Shown here: positions 7,067 to 15,847 of the stretch, piece after piece | Numbering within the stretch: position 1 is the first letter of the stretch | Layout: each line of letters begins with the position of its first letter | IMG/VR virus record: IMGVR_UViG_3300006871_000008 | Location: 1-64,000 of that record | Reading direction: 5' to 3' (one strand) | Source: a virus | Length of the DNA: 64,000 nucleotides | Made by a program: the position numbers and the translations under genes | The notes under the pieces: model-generated | Seen by the model: only the letters and a program-made list of their open reading frames with translations | What the model was told of the DNA's origin: nothing | Databases searched by the model: none

Positions 7067-7242
7067 GTTCTAAATCCCTTTCGTTTTCGTTTTGGCCGAT
7101 CTTTCTTGAATCGGGAATTAAGTCGCCTGCCAAGAGGCGACACTAAATCAAACCCGAAAAGCGTGGCAGGATTCCGTGCAGGCTTCCCGCCGTCAACTTC
7201 GTACATCACAAATTCGCCCAACTTGGGCCGTTTTCCAGGCAT
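7063..7242 (-). CDS. small basic hypothetical protein
   Basis: GGGAG SD before ATG 7242. Confidence 0.6.
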   Translation of the reverse strand: MPGKRPKLGEFVMYEVDGGKPARNPATLFGFDLVSPLGRRLNSRFKKDRPKRKRKGFRT

Positions 7243-7290
7243 TGTTTTGTTTCTCCCAGGCCCGCCCACAAGGTCGAGCCATCTATAGGT

Positions 7291-7319
7291 ATTGTATCAT
7301 AAGGCGGGCCTCTTGTCAA
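7291..7319 (-). promoter_or_regulatory. sigma70-type promoter
   Basis: TTGACA-N17-TACAAT. Confidence 0.75.
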
Positions 7320-7341
7320 GTTTCTCAGTAGAAAAACTTGG

Positions 7342-7389
7342 AGCGCTAAGCGCCGGCAAGCGCTAAGCGCCGGCAAGCGCTAAGCGCCG
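7342..7389. repeat. 17-bp tandem repeat (~2.8 copies)
   Basis: unit AGCGCTAAGCGCCGGCA. Confidence 0.9.
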
Positions 7390-7820
7390 TCAGCCGGTGG
7401 CGTCGGAATTTCTATTACATTCGGTGCAATCGGCACGCCCGGCTTGAGCAAGCGCCGCTTCTCTTTAGGCAACTTCTCCCGGTTCAACTTCTCCGGGTCG
7501 TCGCTGTTGGTCGTCCATGATTCGTGGTAAGTGCCGCAGCGCACGGTGCGGTAGGCTTCGTGGCCCTCGAATACGTCGTGCCAGTCCAGCCTGTAGCCGC
7601 CGTTCTGCCAGTCTCGTTTCGGAAGCGCTCGGATATGTCGCTGTGTCCGATAGTCCAAGACGCGGAATCCTTCTGGCGTGTCAATCCAGAATATAAGCTG
7701 GTCACACTGATAGCTGCAATCGTCGTCAGCGTACAGGTGATTCAACTCGATAATGTCAACGGTGTCGCGGCGTGTGCCGCTCGGCTGCGGCACTATTGAA
7801 AGTAGTAGCAGCGCGATCAT
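7380..7820 (-). CDS. exported hypothetical protein (planctomycete-type family)
   Basis: hydrophobic N-terminus; VDIIELNH..DQLIFW..WHD..ESWT..DPE motifs recalled from planctomycete proteins. Confidence 0.65.
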   Translation of the reverse strand: MIALLLLSIVPQPSGTRRDTVDIIELNHLYADDDCSYQCDQLIFWIDTPEGFRVLDYRTQRHIRALPKRDWQNGGYRLDWHDVFEGHEAYRTVRCGTYHESWTTNSDDPEKLNREKLPKEKRRLLKPGVPIAPNVIEIPTPPADGA

Positions 7821-8032
7821 GCCATTAAATCCTTGAGAAACTCGAAAGCGCGGAACTTGATAGTGTTTGTGGCCTCAAGCACCACTTGGACCGACACAAC
7901 TTTGGCAGCCGGTACGTTCTCTTTGGGCACGTTGCGCGTGCTAATACCAGTCTGCCCCAACGTGCAGGACAAGTAGCCGGTGTCGGTGTGATACTCGAAA
8001 TTGTACGGGCCTATAGACCAAAACTTATCCAT
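7817..8032 (-). CDS. hypothetical protein
   Basis: ORF packed between neighbours. Confidence 0.6.
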   Translation of the reverse strand: MDKFWSIGPYNFEYHTDTGYLSCTLGQTGISTRNVPKENVPAAKVVSVQVVLEATNTIKFRAFEFLKDLMA

Positions 8033-8318
8033 TCTTCGCCCCATTGAACATAATCCAAGTGAAACCGCTGCCTACGTCGTCATCGGTCGTGCCGATAACC
8101 ATGTAGCGCCCATCGGGGAAGTCGATGATGCGGCCAAACGATGCCTCACCATGCGAAGCGCGGCAATACGGGGCCAGCAACTCCACGATTTTAGCGCCCA
8201 CTTCAACCGGGATGGGAGTATCGAATTGTGTCCATTCCCGCTGCGTATTCTCTACACACTCGCGGGCCATATGACTGTCGCGGGTCGATACGCCGTGGAT
8301 GCAAGTTTCAGGTGGCAC
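8025..8318 (-). CDS. hypothetical protein
   Basis: ORF, GTG start with AAGGA SD. Confidence 0.6.
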   Translation of the reverse strand: MPPETCIHGVSTRDSHMARECVENTQREWTQFDTPIPVEVGAKIVELLAPYCRASHGEASFGRIIDFPDGRYMVIGTTDDDVGSGFTWIMFNGAKNG

Positions 8319-8853
8319 GGCCTGTTTCCTTCTCGTAGAGTTTCAGAACGCGGGTCAACTCGCTACGCTTGTGCGGCGTGCCGCCAAAATTCATTTGCAG
8401 ATACCACGCCAGCACTTCGCGGCGGGTGCGAAGCTGATTGACGTTAAACAGCAAGTCAAGATTTGCCATACGTGGCTTGTCCGTGTACTCGCGGTAATAG
8501 CTGCCAAACACCTTTAGCTCGTTCGCGATGAACAGGCGAAACGACTCGATGCGCTGCTTGCCGTCAACTAGAACAAAGTCGCCAGTGTAGTCTCGCTGCC
8601 AACCGGGATGGTTGAAGTAAATGATGCGGCCAGTCTTGCCGCCGCTGAACCAGTATTCGAGCCATGCGACTCTCTGCCGCTTTGTCCAGACGTGCGGGCG
8701 TTGGAAGTCCGGGTCAAGATTCAGCTTGCCTTCGCTGTCCTTCTGATGCCGCTCAATCCACGGCATGATGTAGTCAAAGGGTATGTTGACTTGATAATCG
8801 CCATCGCGGATGCGCTGCGGAATGTCGGTGAACTTCGTGATTTTCTTGCTCAT
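8308..8853 (-). CDS. stand-alone DUF262 (GmrSD N-terminal, ParB/Srx-like) domain protein
   Basis: PDFQRPHVW, VDGKQR, terminal NFGGTP motifs. Confidence 0.8.
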   Translation of the reverse strand: MSKKITKFTDIPQRIRDGDYQVNIPFDYIMPWIERHQKDSEGKLNLDPDFQRPHVWTKRQRVAWLEYWFSGGKTGRIIYFNHPGWQRDYTGDFVLVDGKQRIESFRLFIANELKVFGSYYREYTDKPRMANLDLLFNVNQLRTRREVLAWYLQMNFGGTPHKRSELTRVLKLYEKETGRAT

Positions 8854-9176
8854 TTCGCAGGCTCCCGCACAAAGTTTGGTAGCCCGCACGCCTCAACGAT
8901 CAGGCGGCGCATCCAACTGGCCCGCCGCCCTCGGCGTCGATAGTTGCCCGCAGCCGTGTAGAAGTCATTGACGTTGGTTGGACTCTCGCGCTCGAACCGC
9001 TCAGCCGCATATTGTCGCGTTTCTTTCGGGTGACGCAGTTGGGCGACAAGGTAGTAAATCGGCTGATCTGTCCCGTATCGCTCGCCGATAATCGCTCCGC
9101 CGTCATTGTACCGAAATGGCACGCCCTCATTGCGAAGCTGTTTGACGTGCCGCAGTATGTCTTTGAATCGTACCAT
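8850..9176 (-). CDS. hypothetical protein (leaderless)
   Basis: ORF; ATG at +7. Confidence 0.7.
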   Translation of the reverse strand: MVRFKDILRHVKQLRNEGVPFRYNDGGAIIGERYGTDQPIYYLVAQLRHPKETRQYAAERFERESPTNVNDFYTAAGNYRRRGRRASWMRRLIVEACGLPNFVREPAK

Positions 9177-9182
9177 AAAACA

Positions 9183-9210
9183 ATCCTATCACGCCGTTTA
9201 GGTTTGTCAA
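9183..9210 (-). promoter_or_regulatory. sigma70-type promoter
   Basis: TTGACA-N16-TAGGAT; -35 contains upstream TGA stop. Confidence 0.8.
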
Positions 9211-9620
9211 GCGCCTGTCCCGGTAATCAACAACTTGAGTTGCTGACGCACGACTTTCTCACTTGGCGAGGGTATGCAGCCGCCGATGGTTACAAGGAAT
9301 TCAACGGCTTCGTGGGATAGTTGGCCCAAGATTCCGGCGAGCGTCCGGTCGATGGAGTTTCTGTCACCAGCGGTAAGGTTCGCATCGTGGATACACTTAC
9401 CCTTGTTGACATAACCGAATCGACCGGCCCCAACTTCCATCTTCAACTTGGCATCGGCCACGTTCTCGGCTTCGGTCGCCCAAAATGTTTCGACCTTGCC
9501 AACGATACCACCCAGGCCGGGGTTGTCGCAGCAAATGAATTTGTCGTGACCGATGCGCTCGACCCAAAACGCATCTTTGGACGACTTGCCCGGCCACGCA
9601 ACTAACATGAATCTACGCAT
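9207..9620 (-). CDS. hypothetical protein
   Basis: ORF with GAGG SD. Confidence 0.7.
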   Translation of the reverse strand: MRRFMLVAWPGKSSKDAFWVERIGHDKFICCDNPGLGGIVGKVETFWATEAENVADAKLKMEVGAGRFGYVNKGKCIHDANLTAGDRNSIDRTLAGILGQLSHEAVEFLVTIGGCIPSPSEKVVRQQLKLLITGTGA

Positions 9621-9924
9621 AGTGCTTAATCCTCACGTTCGCTGAAACCAGATAAAACATGACCGCCAGTTGGTCGTAGAACTTCGCCGTCATATCGGCG
9701 ATACGCTCTATCTCTGGCTCGGTCGCCACAATCCGAACGGGTATCATTCGCTCGGCGAATAGCTGCCCGTCTGGCGCGACCCATTGACCTTTGACGGGTG
9801 GCAAGACCGTCAAGCCGCCAGTAATCCGGCGTACTTGGCTGTCCCATTCCCGGTGGCAGCGTGTCCGAATCGGTCGCCCGTTGTTTCTCACGCATGGTAC
9901 AAGTATCTCCCAAACAGCTTTCAT
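9613..9924 (-). CDS. hypothetical phage protein
   Basis: ORF; GGLT..GxW..ERMIPVRI pattern. Confidence 0.75.
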   Translation of the reverse strand: MKAVWEILVPCVRNNGRPIRTRCHREWDSQVRRITGGLTVLPPVKGQWVAPDGQLFAERMIPVRIVATEPEIERIADMTAKFYDQLAVMFYLVSANVRIKHYA

Positions 9925-10217
9925 AGGGGCAGCACCGCCGTCAGTCTTGAATCGTGGAAGGCGATAACGCCGCTATGTCCGAAGTCGTAGATAAAATCGT
10001 GCTTGCGGGCAATGGCGTGCATTAAGCCAAGCGCGTTGTTTAGGTCGGAGCGTCGGTTAATACCGAAGGCTGGCACAAGGTCCGACGTGATGTAGCCAAG
10101 CCGCCCGGTATTCGGGTCATGCAGGTAAAGCACGCCGTCCGCGACTTGCAGAATCAGCCCGAATCGGCTGCATGTCCGCACGAACGCTACGATCAGTTTG
10201 CCTAGATCAGTCATCAT
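9921..10217 (-). CDS. hypothetical protein
   Basis: GGAG SD before ATG 10217. Confidence 0.65.
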   Translation of the reverse strand: MMTDLGKLIVAFVRTCSRFGLILQVADGVLYLHDPNTGRLGYITSDLVPAFGINRRSDLNNALGLMHAIARKHDFIYDFGHSGVIAFHDSRLTAVLPL

Positions 10218-10551
10218 TTGGCTCCAATCCCAATTCCCGGCTGACGAGTTTCCGAATCCACTTTTGACGGGGCGAGTGTTGCCGTCGCCCTGGCCGTTTG
10301 CAGGCCCGCGTGAAGTCCCGAAAGTTGTTGGGGTCGAGTGGGAAGCAGGACATGCCACGCATCCGTGACGACCGCAGGCCCGGCCTATTGTGGACGACCC
10401 GCATGATCGCTACAATCGGTTCAATCCCTCGACGGGCACGGGCGCTCAATCGCCCGCTGATAGTGCCACCGTCAAGCGACCACTGATAGCGGTCTTTGAC
10501 TTCCCGCAACGCGCGGAGAAGGTGAGCGACGGTGAGTATTGGCATTTGCAT
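10207..10551 (-). CDS. basic hypothetical protein (leaderless)
   Basis: ORF; ATG at +7. Confidence 0.7.
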   Translation of the reverse strand: MQMPILTVAHLLRALREVKDRYQWSLDGGTISGRLSARARRGIEPIVAIMRVVHNRPGLRSSRMRGMSCFPLDPNNFRDFTRACKRPGRRQHSPRQKWIRKLVSRELGLEPNDD

Positions 10552-10557
10552 ACAACA

Positions 10558-10585
10558 ATCCTATCATGCCTACGCACCTTGTCAA
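10558..10585 (-). promoter_or_regulatory. sigma70-type promoter
   Basis: TTGACA-N16-TAGGAT. Confidence 0.8.
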
Positions 10586-10586
10586 G

Positions 10587-11105
10587 CTAAACCGGCAAGC
10601 CTTGGACGAACTTGGACTGAATTTCCTCCCGGTCGGGCGGCAAAGCCGTTAAGTCCACTGGCAGGTTCAACCGCTCCGGCGACGGAATCCAAAGTGTCTG
10701 GCCGTTTCGATGCTCATGCCGCGAGCTAAGGCCGTACAACTCCCCGACGCACAGAGCGTCTAAGGCCCGGCGTCCCCGGCGTGTGAGCGTTTGCAGCATC
10801 GCTAGTCGGTGATAATGCGGCAGCCAGACCAGCAATTCCAATCCGTCCAGTACCGGCTTGCCGTTCAGCTTAAACTCGACAAGCCGATTCCACACTTCCA
10901 ACTCCCCGCAGCGGGCGGTCACGTACTGATTGTAGTACGGGTCGAAGTACGACATTACGTTGCGAGTCAGCAAGTGCAGAATCTTGAAGCGGTTGAGCGG
11001 CGTCTTTTCACCAACATACGTCACCATGAACCACTGGCCCGCCGTGGCGAAACGCTGGCGCACAGGAGCGCTGTTCGGTTGTGCAAGCCGGATTATGGGC
11101 AGCAT
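10587..11105 (-). CDS. hypothetical protein
   Basis: GGAG SD before MLPIIRL start. Confidence 0.65.
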   Translation of the reverse strand: MLPIIRLAQPNSAPVRQRFATAGQWFMVTYVGEKTPLNRFKILHLLTRNVMSYFDPYYNQYVTARCGELEVWNRLVEFKLNGKPVLDGLELLVWLPHYHRLAMLQTLTRRGRRALDALCVGELYGLSSRHEHRNGQTLWIPSPERLNLPVDLTALPPDREEIQSKFVQGLPV

Positions 11106-11470
11106 GGTATTGGCTCCAAGTAGGCGGTCGGAATCGGCAGCCCGCACGCCGCCATCGTCCGCTGTTGTTGCGTTTGTGGCGCTGGCCGCGTTTTCGGGTT
11201 GAGCCAGTAATTCGGCGGCGGCACTTTGTCCAGCCAGAGCAGCGCACCGTGAACACCAATCGCCACGATACGATTCTCGGACTCGATACGCAGTTGCACG
11301 GTCGGGTCTTTGACGTATTCGACAATGACTTCGTGGACTCGCTTGCGGGAGTGAACCACGCACGCCGTCGTTTCCTCGAAGTATTGGATATTGCCCACGC
11401 CCGACTTGAGCGTGCGAACCACGACCCGGAATACGGGCGGGATGATCGGTGGCAATTCGTAGTTGCTCAT
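11093..11470 (-). CDS. hypothetical protein with VPPPNYW domain
   Basis: similar to C-terminal half of 13072-13827. Confidence 0.65.
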   Translation of the reverse strand: MSNYELPPIIPPVFRVVVRTLKSGVGNIQYFEETTACVVHSRKRVHEVIVEYVKDPTVQLRIESENRIVAIGVHGALLWLDKVPPPNYWLNPKTRPAPQTQQQRTMAACGLPIPTAYLEPIPCCP

Positions 11471-11492
11471 TTGCGTTGCTGTTGGGGTCATA

Positions 11493-11921
11493 TTAGCCAC
11501 CACCGTCGCCGTACTCGATTGTCTGCACGACGTTGCCTTCGCCATCCAACTGAAATCCGAGGTTGCTGAGGGGGCCGTGCATGAAACCAGCCGTGAGTCG
11601 TCGCTGGTGGCCGAATACGTCACAGAGGGATGCGAAAAACCTAAGATCGTCGCCCCACGCCGTTCGCGTCGAAGTCTCTTGCGGGTTGTCGTATTGGTAT
11701 TTGAGGCAATAGGCTTCAAGGTGGACTCGGACAGGGTTGAGGCCGTTGATGCAGAAGTCAAGTCGGCACTGAGTTTTGAATTGTCGTTCATGGATTAAGA
11801 TACTTTCAAGAATCTCCCGCAGTCCCAATTCGTTTGACGGCTTCGGCTGGATGCACAGCACAAGCTGCCAGTGCCGCATATCTTCGGCACTGAGTTTCGT
11901 GTCAAGGAAGTGATTGCTCAT
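11493..11921 (-). CDS. hypothetical protein (leaderless)
   Basis: ORF; ATG at +7. Confidence 0.7.
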   Translation of the reverse strand: MSNHFLDTKLSAEDMRHWQLVLCIQPKPSNELGLREILESILIHERQFKTQCRLDFCINGLNPVRVHLEAYCLKYQYDNPQETSTRTAWGDDLRFFASLCDVFGHQRRLTAGFMHGPLSNLGFQLDGEGNVVQTIEYGDGGG

Positions 11922-11927
11922 ACACTA

Positions 11928-11955
11928 ATCTTACCACGCCGTTACAGCTTGTCAA
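11928..11955 (-). promoter_or_regulatory. sigma70-type promoter
   Basis: TTGACA-N16-TAAGAT. Confidence 0.8.
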
Positions 11956-12493
11956 CCCACCAGCAAACTTTTCCACAACTGTTGTGCGGCAAAGACTTTA
12001 CGATGCGGGCACGGTACTGATACGTCTTGACGTAGGGCGGTTCGTCACTCGTCAACCAGTCGGTATCGCCCTCCCGCTGCCGACGTTGTTGGACAAGCGC
12101 GTTGCGTACCTTAACCGCTCCGGCCCACCACGGCAAATACAAATCGGGATACCAGCCGCTATAACTCACCGATTCAGCAGGACGGACGCGAGTGGTAATA
12201 TCCCTGCACTCAATCATCCACCAGAACGGCTCTGTTGGCTTATCGTTCCATCGGCGAGAGTCGATGGCGTTTTGGATTCGCGTGCGTCGTGGCCCTAGCT
12301 CGCAGTCTTGCGTGCGAGTCGAACCAGTCCACTCGACACCGCAGTACGGGCAGAACTTCCAAACGGCGGTGAACGCCCCATCATGGGTGTAGCCCGGCCA
12401 GCTACGCCCCTCCCATTGCTTGTAGCAATTCAAGCACTGGTAGAGCGCACAGCCGTCGTCAGTGTAATGGACGTATCGCCACTTTGGAATCAT
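11942..12493 (-). CDS. zinc-ribbon hypothetical protein
   Basis: CLNC...FCPYCG. Confidence 0.7.
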   Translation of the reverse strand: MIPKWRYVHYTDDGCALYQCLNCYKQWEGRSWPGYTHDGAFTAVWKFCPYCGVEWTGSTRTQDCELGPRRTRIQNAIDSRRWNDKPTEPFWWMIECRDITTRVRPAESVSYSGWYPDLYLPWWAGAVKVRNALVQQRRQREGDTDWLTSDEPPYVKTYQYRARIVKSLPHNSCGKVCWWVDKL

Positions 12494-12714
12494 TCTTTCA
12501 CTTCCACCACGTCAAAGGAAGGTACTCGCGCTCCATTGTCTAACCAGAGCGTGTAATACGGGTCTGCCTCTGCGAATCCTTGATGGTATTCCGCAGAAGC
12601 GACTCGCGCTGTCACCAGCTTCGGAGTTATGTCTAACACAAAATCGCCATTTGCCCTACGAACCGCAACTGTATCCGGCTTGCCAGCATAGGCTACTAAA
12701 GTTCCACGTTTCAT
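12490..12714 (-). CDS. hypothetical protein
   Basis: ATGA-coupled ORF. Confidence 0.6.
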   Translation of the reverse strand: MKRGTLVAYAGKPDTVAVRRANGDFVLDITPKLVTARVASAEYHQGFAEADPYYTLWLDNGARVPSFDVVEVKE

Positions 12715-13079
12715 CGACGCCACACTCCGCTCTTGATTTCAACGCCGCTTAGTCGCCCGACGTGATTGGCGATGTAGGCCCACACGTCAATCGTGTCGCC
12801 CTTCTGGTCATGCACTATTACCCGCTCGCGGGTGTAAAGGCCACGATTCACACCCTCGATAACGTCGAGATAGTTCAGAATGTCGTCGTCAACGCGATAC
12901 ACTTCGCCCGTCACTTCGATACCCTTCTCTGACCGCACAAGGGCCGGGAACGCACCCAGGTCAACCAGCTTGAACGCCGCAGGCGTCTTGTAGTTGCCGA
13001 CGTAGGTGCAGCCCTGGATAACGTAATGAAGCGCGAAGTCGGCTTTAAGCGTGCCGTATGCAAACAGTAGTTCAGTCAT
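12711..13079 (-). CDS. gamma-glutamylcyclotransferase (AIG2-like)
   Basis: LFAYGTLK, LGAFPAL, VTGEVY, LDVIEG, YTR motifs; GGGAGG SD. Confidence 0.9.
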   Translation of the reverse strand: MTELLFAYGTLKADFALHYVIQGCTYVGNYKTPAAFKLVDLGAFPALVRSEKGIEVTGEVYRVDDDILNYLDVIEGVNRGLYTRERVIVHDQKGDTIDVWAYIANHVGRLSGVEIKSGVWRR

Positions 13080-13827
13080 TGTTGGCCCATCCTCCCGCCA
13101 TGCAGATTTCGGGTTCTGGCTGCTCCGGTGCTGGCGGCTTCGGCGGCGCAGGCTTGCCCCAATAGTTCGGCGGCGGGACGTTCGCCAGCCATAAAATTTC
13201 GCCGTGGGCCTGGATTCCCACAATCTTGCCGCAATCGTTTTCAACCCGGAATTGAGACTCGTCTGTGTACGCAGCCTTAATGTCCTTGAAGCACTTGATG
13301 CAAGTCCCAAGTGTTCCAGCTTCCAACACCATATCGACCGGCTTCATTCCAGCGCCGGTATCGTTGTAAATCATTTCACGGACGACCAGCCGGTAGGAAT
13401 TGGGCGGCGGGGCAACGTAATTGCCCGCACCCTTGCACCAGCCGCACTGTTCCGTCACTATGTAGCCCATCGAACTTGACACGTACTCCATCTTACCCTT
13501 GTTGCCCTTACATTTCGGGCAAACGTCAAAGGTCTGGTAATACGCCTGCAAGTAATGCGGCTCCCCGGCTTCCTTCATACGCTCCCGCCAGTGCCGCACA
13601 ACTCCAATCGACCAGTTGATATGGCCGCTGATTAGTTGGTACGTACCGATTGGAGCGTATATGCCATCTTCACCGAGTTTGCTGATCGTGCGAGCATCCT
13701 TTAGATAGGTCGTGCCGCGAAGCTGGCTGTACGCCGCTTTGATTGCGTTGGTGATACTGTCGTAGCTCCCGGTCGATACGCAGAGCGAATCGGTGACGAG
13801 ATACGGTAGTCTGTTGTTATTTTCCAT
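13072..13827 (-). CDS. hypothetical protein with DnaJ-type CxxCxGxG finger and VPPPNYW domain (leaderless)
   Basis: CPKCKGNKG...CGWCKGAG; ATG at +7. Confidence 0.75.
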   Translation of the reverse strand: MENNNRLPYLVTDSLCVSTGSYDSITNAIKAAYSQLRGTTYLKDARTISKLGEDGIYAPIGTYQLISGHINWSIGVVRHWRERMKEAGEPHYLQAYYQTFDVCPKCKGNKGKMEYVSSSMGYIVTEQCGWCKGAGNYVAPPPNSYRLVVREMIYNDTGAGMKPVDMVLEAGTLGTCIKCFKDIKAAYTDESQFRVENDCGKIVGIQAHGEILWLANVPPPNYWGKPAPPKPPAPEQPEPEICMAGGWANND

Positions 13828-13830
13828 AGC

Positions 13831-14238
13831 TCAATTATAGCTCGACTCTCCGAATCCGCAAGTCGGAATCTCACCGCCCGCGAAAACTGACACAATAAGG
13901 AACACGCCCGCCCCAATTTGGACTGCCAACTCTCCGCCGATAGGTGGCTGCGGCAGCGGCGTATCGTTCTGGATGGCGATGTTGAAGTAGCCGATAGACA
14001 GGGTAATCAGGTCCATCAGCTTTACTTCCATGCTCGGTTCTAGCGGGTCGCCGCCTTCCGCTATCCGCTGCTGGTAAATCTCTTTTAACTGGTAAAACCG
14101 CTGTTCAAGGAACCATAGCATGTTGCTAAGTTCCGTCATGCGGATACCGTAAAATTCCCATCCGACCGCATGGTTGACTAGCTCGATGCGGTACTTTGCG
14201 ATGGGGACGACTTGCGGCTCTCGCGGCTCAAGGTACAT
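13831..14238 (-). CDS. hypothetical protein
   Basis: GAGG SD. Confidence 0.7.
   Translation of the reverse strand: MYLEPREPQVVPIAKYRIELVNHAVGWEFYGIRMTELSNMLWFLEQRFYQLKEIYQQRIAEGGDPLEPSMEVKLMDLITLSIGYFNIAIQNDTPLPQPPIGGELAVQIGAGVFLIVSVFAGGEIPTCGFGESSYN
13834..13861 (-). promoter_or_regulatory. sigma70-type promoter
   Basis: TTGCGG-N16-TATAAT. Confidence 0.6.
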
Positions 14239-14555
14239 TTCATCCTCACTTTGCTGCCTTGCGGGTATCGCATGGCTCGCTGTTTCAGGAACTTGTTATC
14301 TTGGGTGGCCCCACGCCCGCCTGCTTCGCGGGCATAAAGCCAGAAAACGTCATCGGTAGGCGTCATGGCGTACAGCTTTTCGGTACACCATACGTCGCCC
14401 CGGAACATGCGGACGGTGGCGTAAATTCCAGCTTCGTTGATTTCCAACTCAAAGCTGTCATTGCCAATCGTCTTGCGGAAGCGGGCCGTATCGCCTTTAC
14501 GCTCATACACTACCGTCTTGCCGCCTCCCTGTATTTTTTGTATGTAGGTCATCAT
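14178..14555 (-). CDS. hypothetical protein
   Basis: ATGA-coupled ORF. Confidence 0.6.
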   Translation of the reverse strand: MMTYIQKIQGGGKTVVYERKGDTARFRKTIGNDSFELEINEAGIYATVRMFRGDVWCTEKLYAMTPTDDVFWLYAREAGGRGATQDNKFLKQRAMRYPQGSKVRMKCTLSRESRKSSPSQSTASS

Positions 14556-15163
14556 TCGATACTCGCATCGCGTGCAGCTTGGCACGATTCGCAGTCGCAG
14601 TAGTCGTCGTTCCAATCGTCGTTGCCGTCGTCATTCGGCTCGTCCGAATCTTCGTCGGACTCCAAGCGAACGCCTTGCTCATATTGCGCCTTGGCTTCCT
14701 CGACGGGCCAGTAAAATACCTTCTCGTCGTCCGGGTCACGCTCAAAGCCAAACTTGGCGTAGTGGTCCGGGTCTTGCCGGGCCAGAATCGCACGGTGCGA
14801 ATTGTGCATGGCGTCCAGCTTGAGGAAGTCCGGCGTCGTGCGGCGGGACATTTGACCGCCACGCCGACGAAACCAATCTTCCCGGTTGTCCAGCCTGTCT
14901 CGGATGGGGTCTTGCTTGCCGGTTCGGGCCTCATACTCGTCGCACAACGCCCGCCCATACTCAACCAACGATAGCGGGCAATACTGCCAAACTTTCTTCG
15001 GCGGCGAGTTATACATGAAGTGGTCGCCGCGAGTCGGATGATTGCGTCCGCTGAGCATGTAAAGAACTTCCATCACGTCATGCCGCTGTTTGGTCAGCCG
15101 CTTGAGGGTGAAGCACTTAGCGCACTCGGCGTAGTTATCGAAGGGCAGGTAGATTCGGCTCAT
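14552..15163 (-). CDS. diverged MSMEG_6728/pyrimidine-dimer glycosylase (DenV-like) family protein with acidic tail
   Basis: YLPF..KRLTKQR..W..MHNSHRAIL..DP..Y..F pattern; leaderless. Confidence 0.75.
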   Translation of the reverse strand: MSRIYLPFDNYAECAKCFTLKRLTKQRHDVMEVLYMLSGRNHPTRGDHFMYNSPPKKVWQYCPLSLVEYGRALCDEYEARTGKQDPIRDRLDNREDWFRRRGGQMSRRTTPDFLKLDAMHNSHRAILARQDPDHYAKFGFERDPDDEKVFYWPVEEAKAQYEQGVRLESDEDSDEPNDDGNDDWNDDYCDCESCQAARDASIE

Positions 15164-15169
15164 AAAAGA

Positions 15170-15197
15170 ATCCTATCACAGATTACGCCGTTGTCAA
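15170..15197 (-). promoter_or_regulatory. sigma70-type promoter
   Basis: TTGACA-N16-TAGGAT. Confidence 0.8.
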
Positions 15198-15812
15198 CCG
15201 GCCCGGCCAAACATAAGGGATTTCGTCTCGGTCGTTCACGTCCCAATCGAAGGCACGATAGTAGTTATGCGGGATGGCGTAGCCAAGCGAGCGTACCCGT
15301 TCCTCAAGTTCGACAATATCCTCAAGCTGAGCGTCCCGCATAGCGGGCAGACCATCCTCAAGCAGCCACCCCTCGACGCAAGCACGCCTGCCATTCGCCA
15401 GACGGATGCCCTCAGCCCGCAGCATTTCCTTGACGGCAATTGCTAGGGCGTCCTTCCGGCCCTTGAACAAAAGCCGCGAGCGGTGCGAGCGGTGGTATTC
15501 ATTGTCGCCTAACCACGGCGGCTCCGTGCTGGTTGGCATAATGTCGTGGCGCTCTAGCAACTGGTACGCCCGCGACTCCACGTTGTCAAGGCAGCCGCGA
15601 CACCGCCATTCGGTGCAGATTGCGGAGATATACATGGCAAGCTGGTATTCATGCCCTCGCCACTGCGCGATAACAGGGTGATTTGGCCCGGCGCGGACGC
15701 CGATCAGTATTTCAAGAATCTGATACCCCTCGCTACGCTGCTTCCCAAGGCGTTGCTTGTCCAGGGAGGCGGCAGTCATGCGGAAATCGGGCACTGGCAG
15801 GAAGGTTTGCAT
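15183..15812 (-). CDS. MSMEG_6728 family / pyrimidine-dimer DNA glycosylase-like protein
   Basis: MQTFLP..LDKQRLGKQRSE..HPVIAQWRGHE..PPWLG..HRSHRSRLLFK..PYVWP. Confidence 0.88.
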   Translation of the reverse strand: MQTFLPVPDFRMTAASLDKQRLGKQRSEGYQILEILIGVRAGPNHPVIAQWRGHEYQLAMYISAICTEWRCRGCLDNVESRAYQLLERHDIMPTSTEPPWLGDNEYHRSHRSRLLFKGRKDALAIAVKEMLRAEGIRLANGRRACVEGWLLEDGLPAMRDAQLEDIVELEERVRSLGYAIPHNYYRAFDWDVNDRDEIPYVWPGRLTTA

Positions 15813-15818
15813 ACACCA

Positions 15819-15847
15819 ATACTACAACGAAAAAGGCCCGGCGTCAA
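15819..15847 (-). promoter_or_regulatory. sigma70-type promoter overlapping terminator
   Basis: TTGACG-N17-TAGTAT; ATG at +7. Confidence 0.75.

Noticed and set aside
3155-7389. Repeats as a CRISPR mini-array
   Set aside because: The 13-bp repeats are inverted and 3.4 kb apart; the 17-bp tandem has no spacers; no cas genes seen
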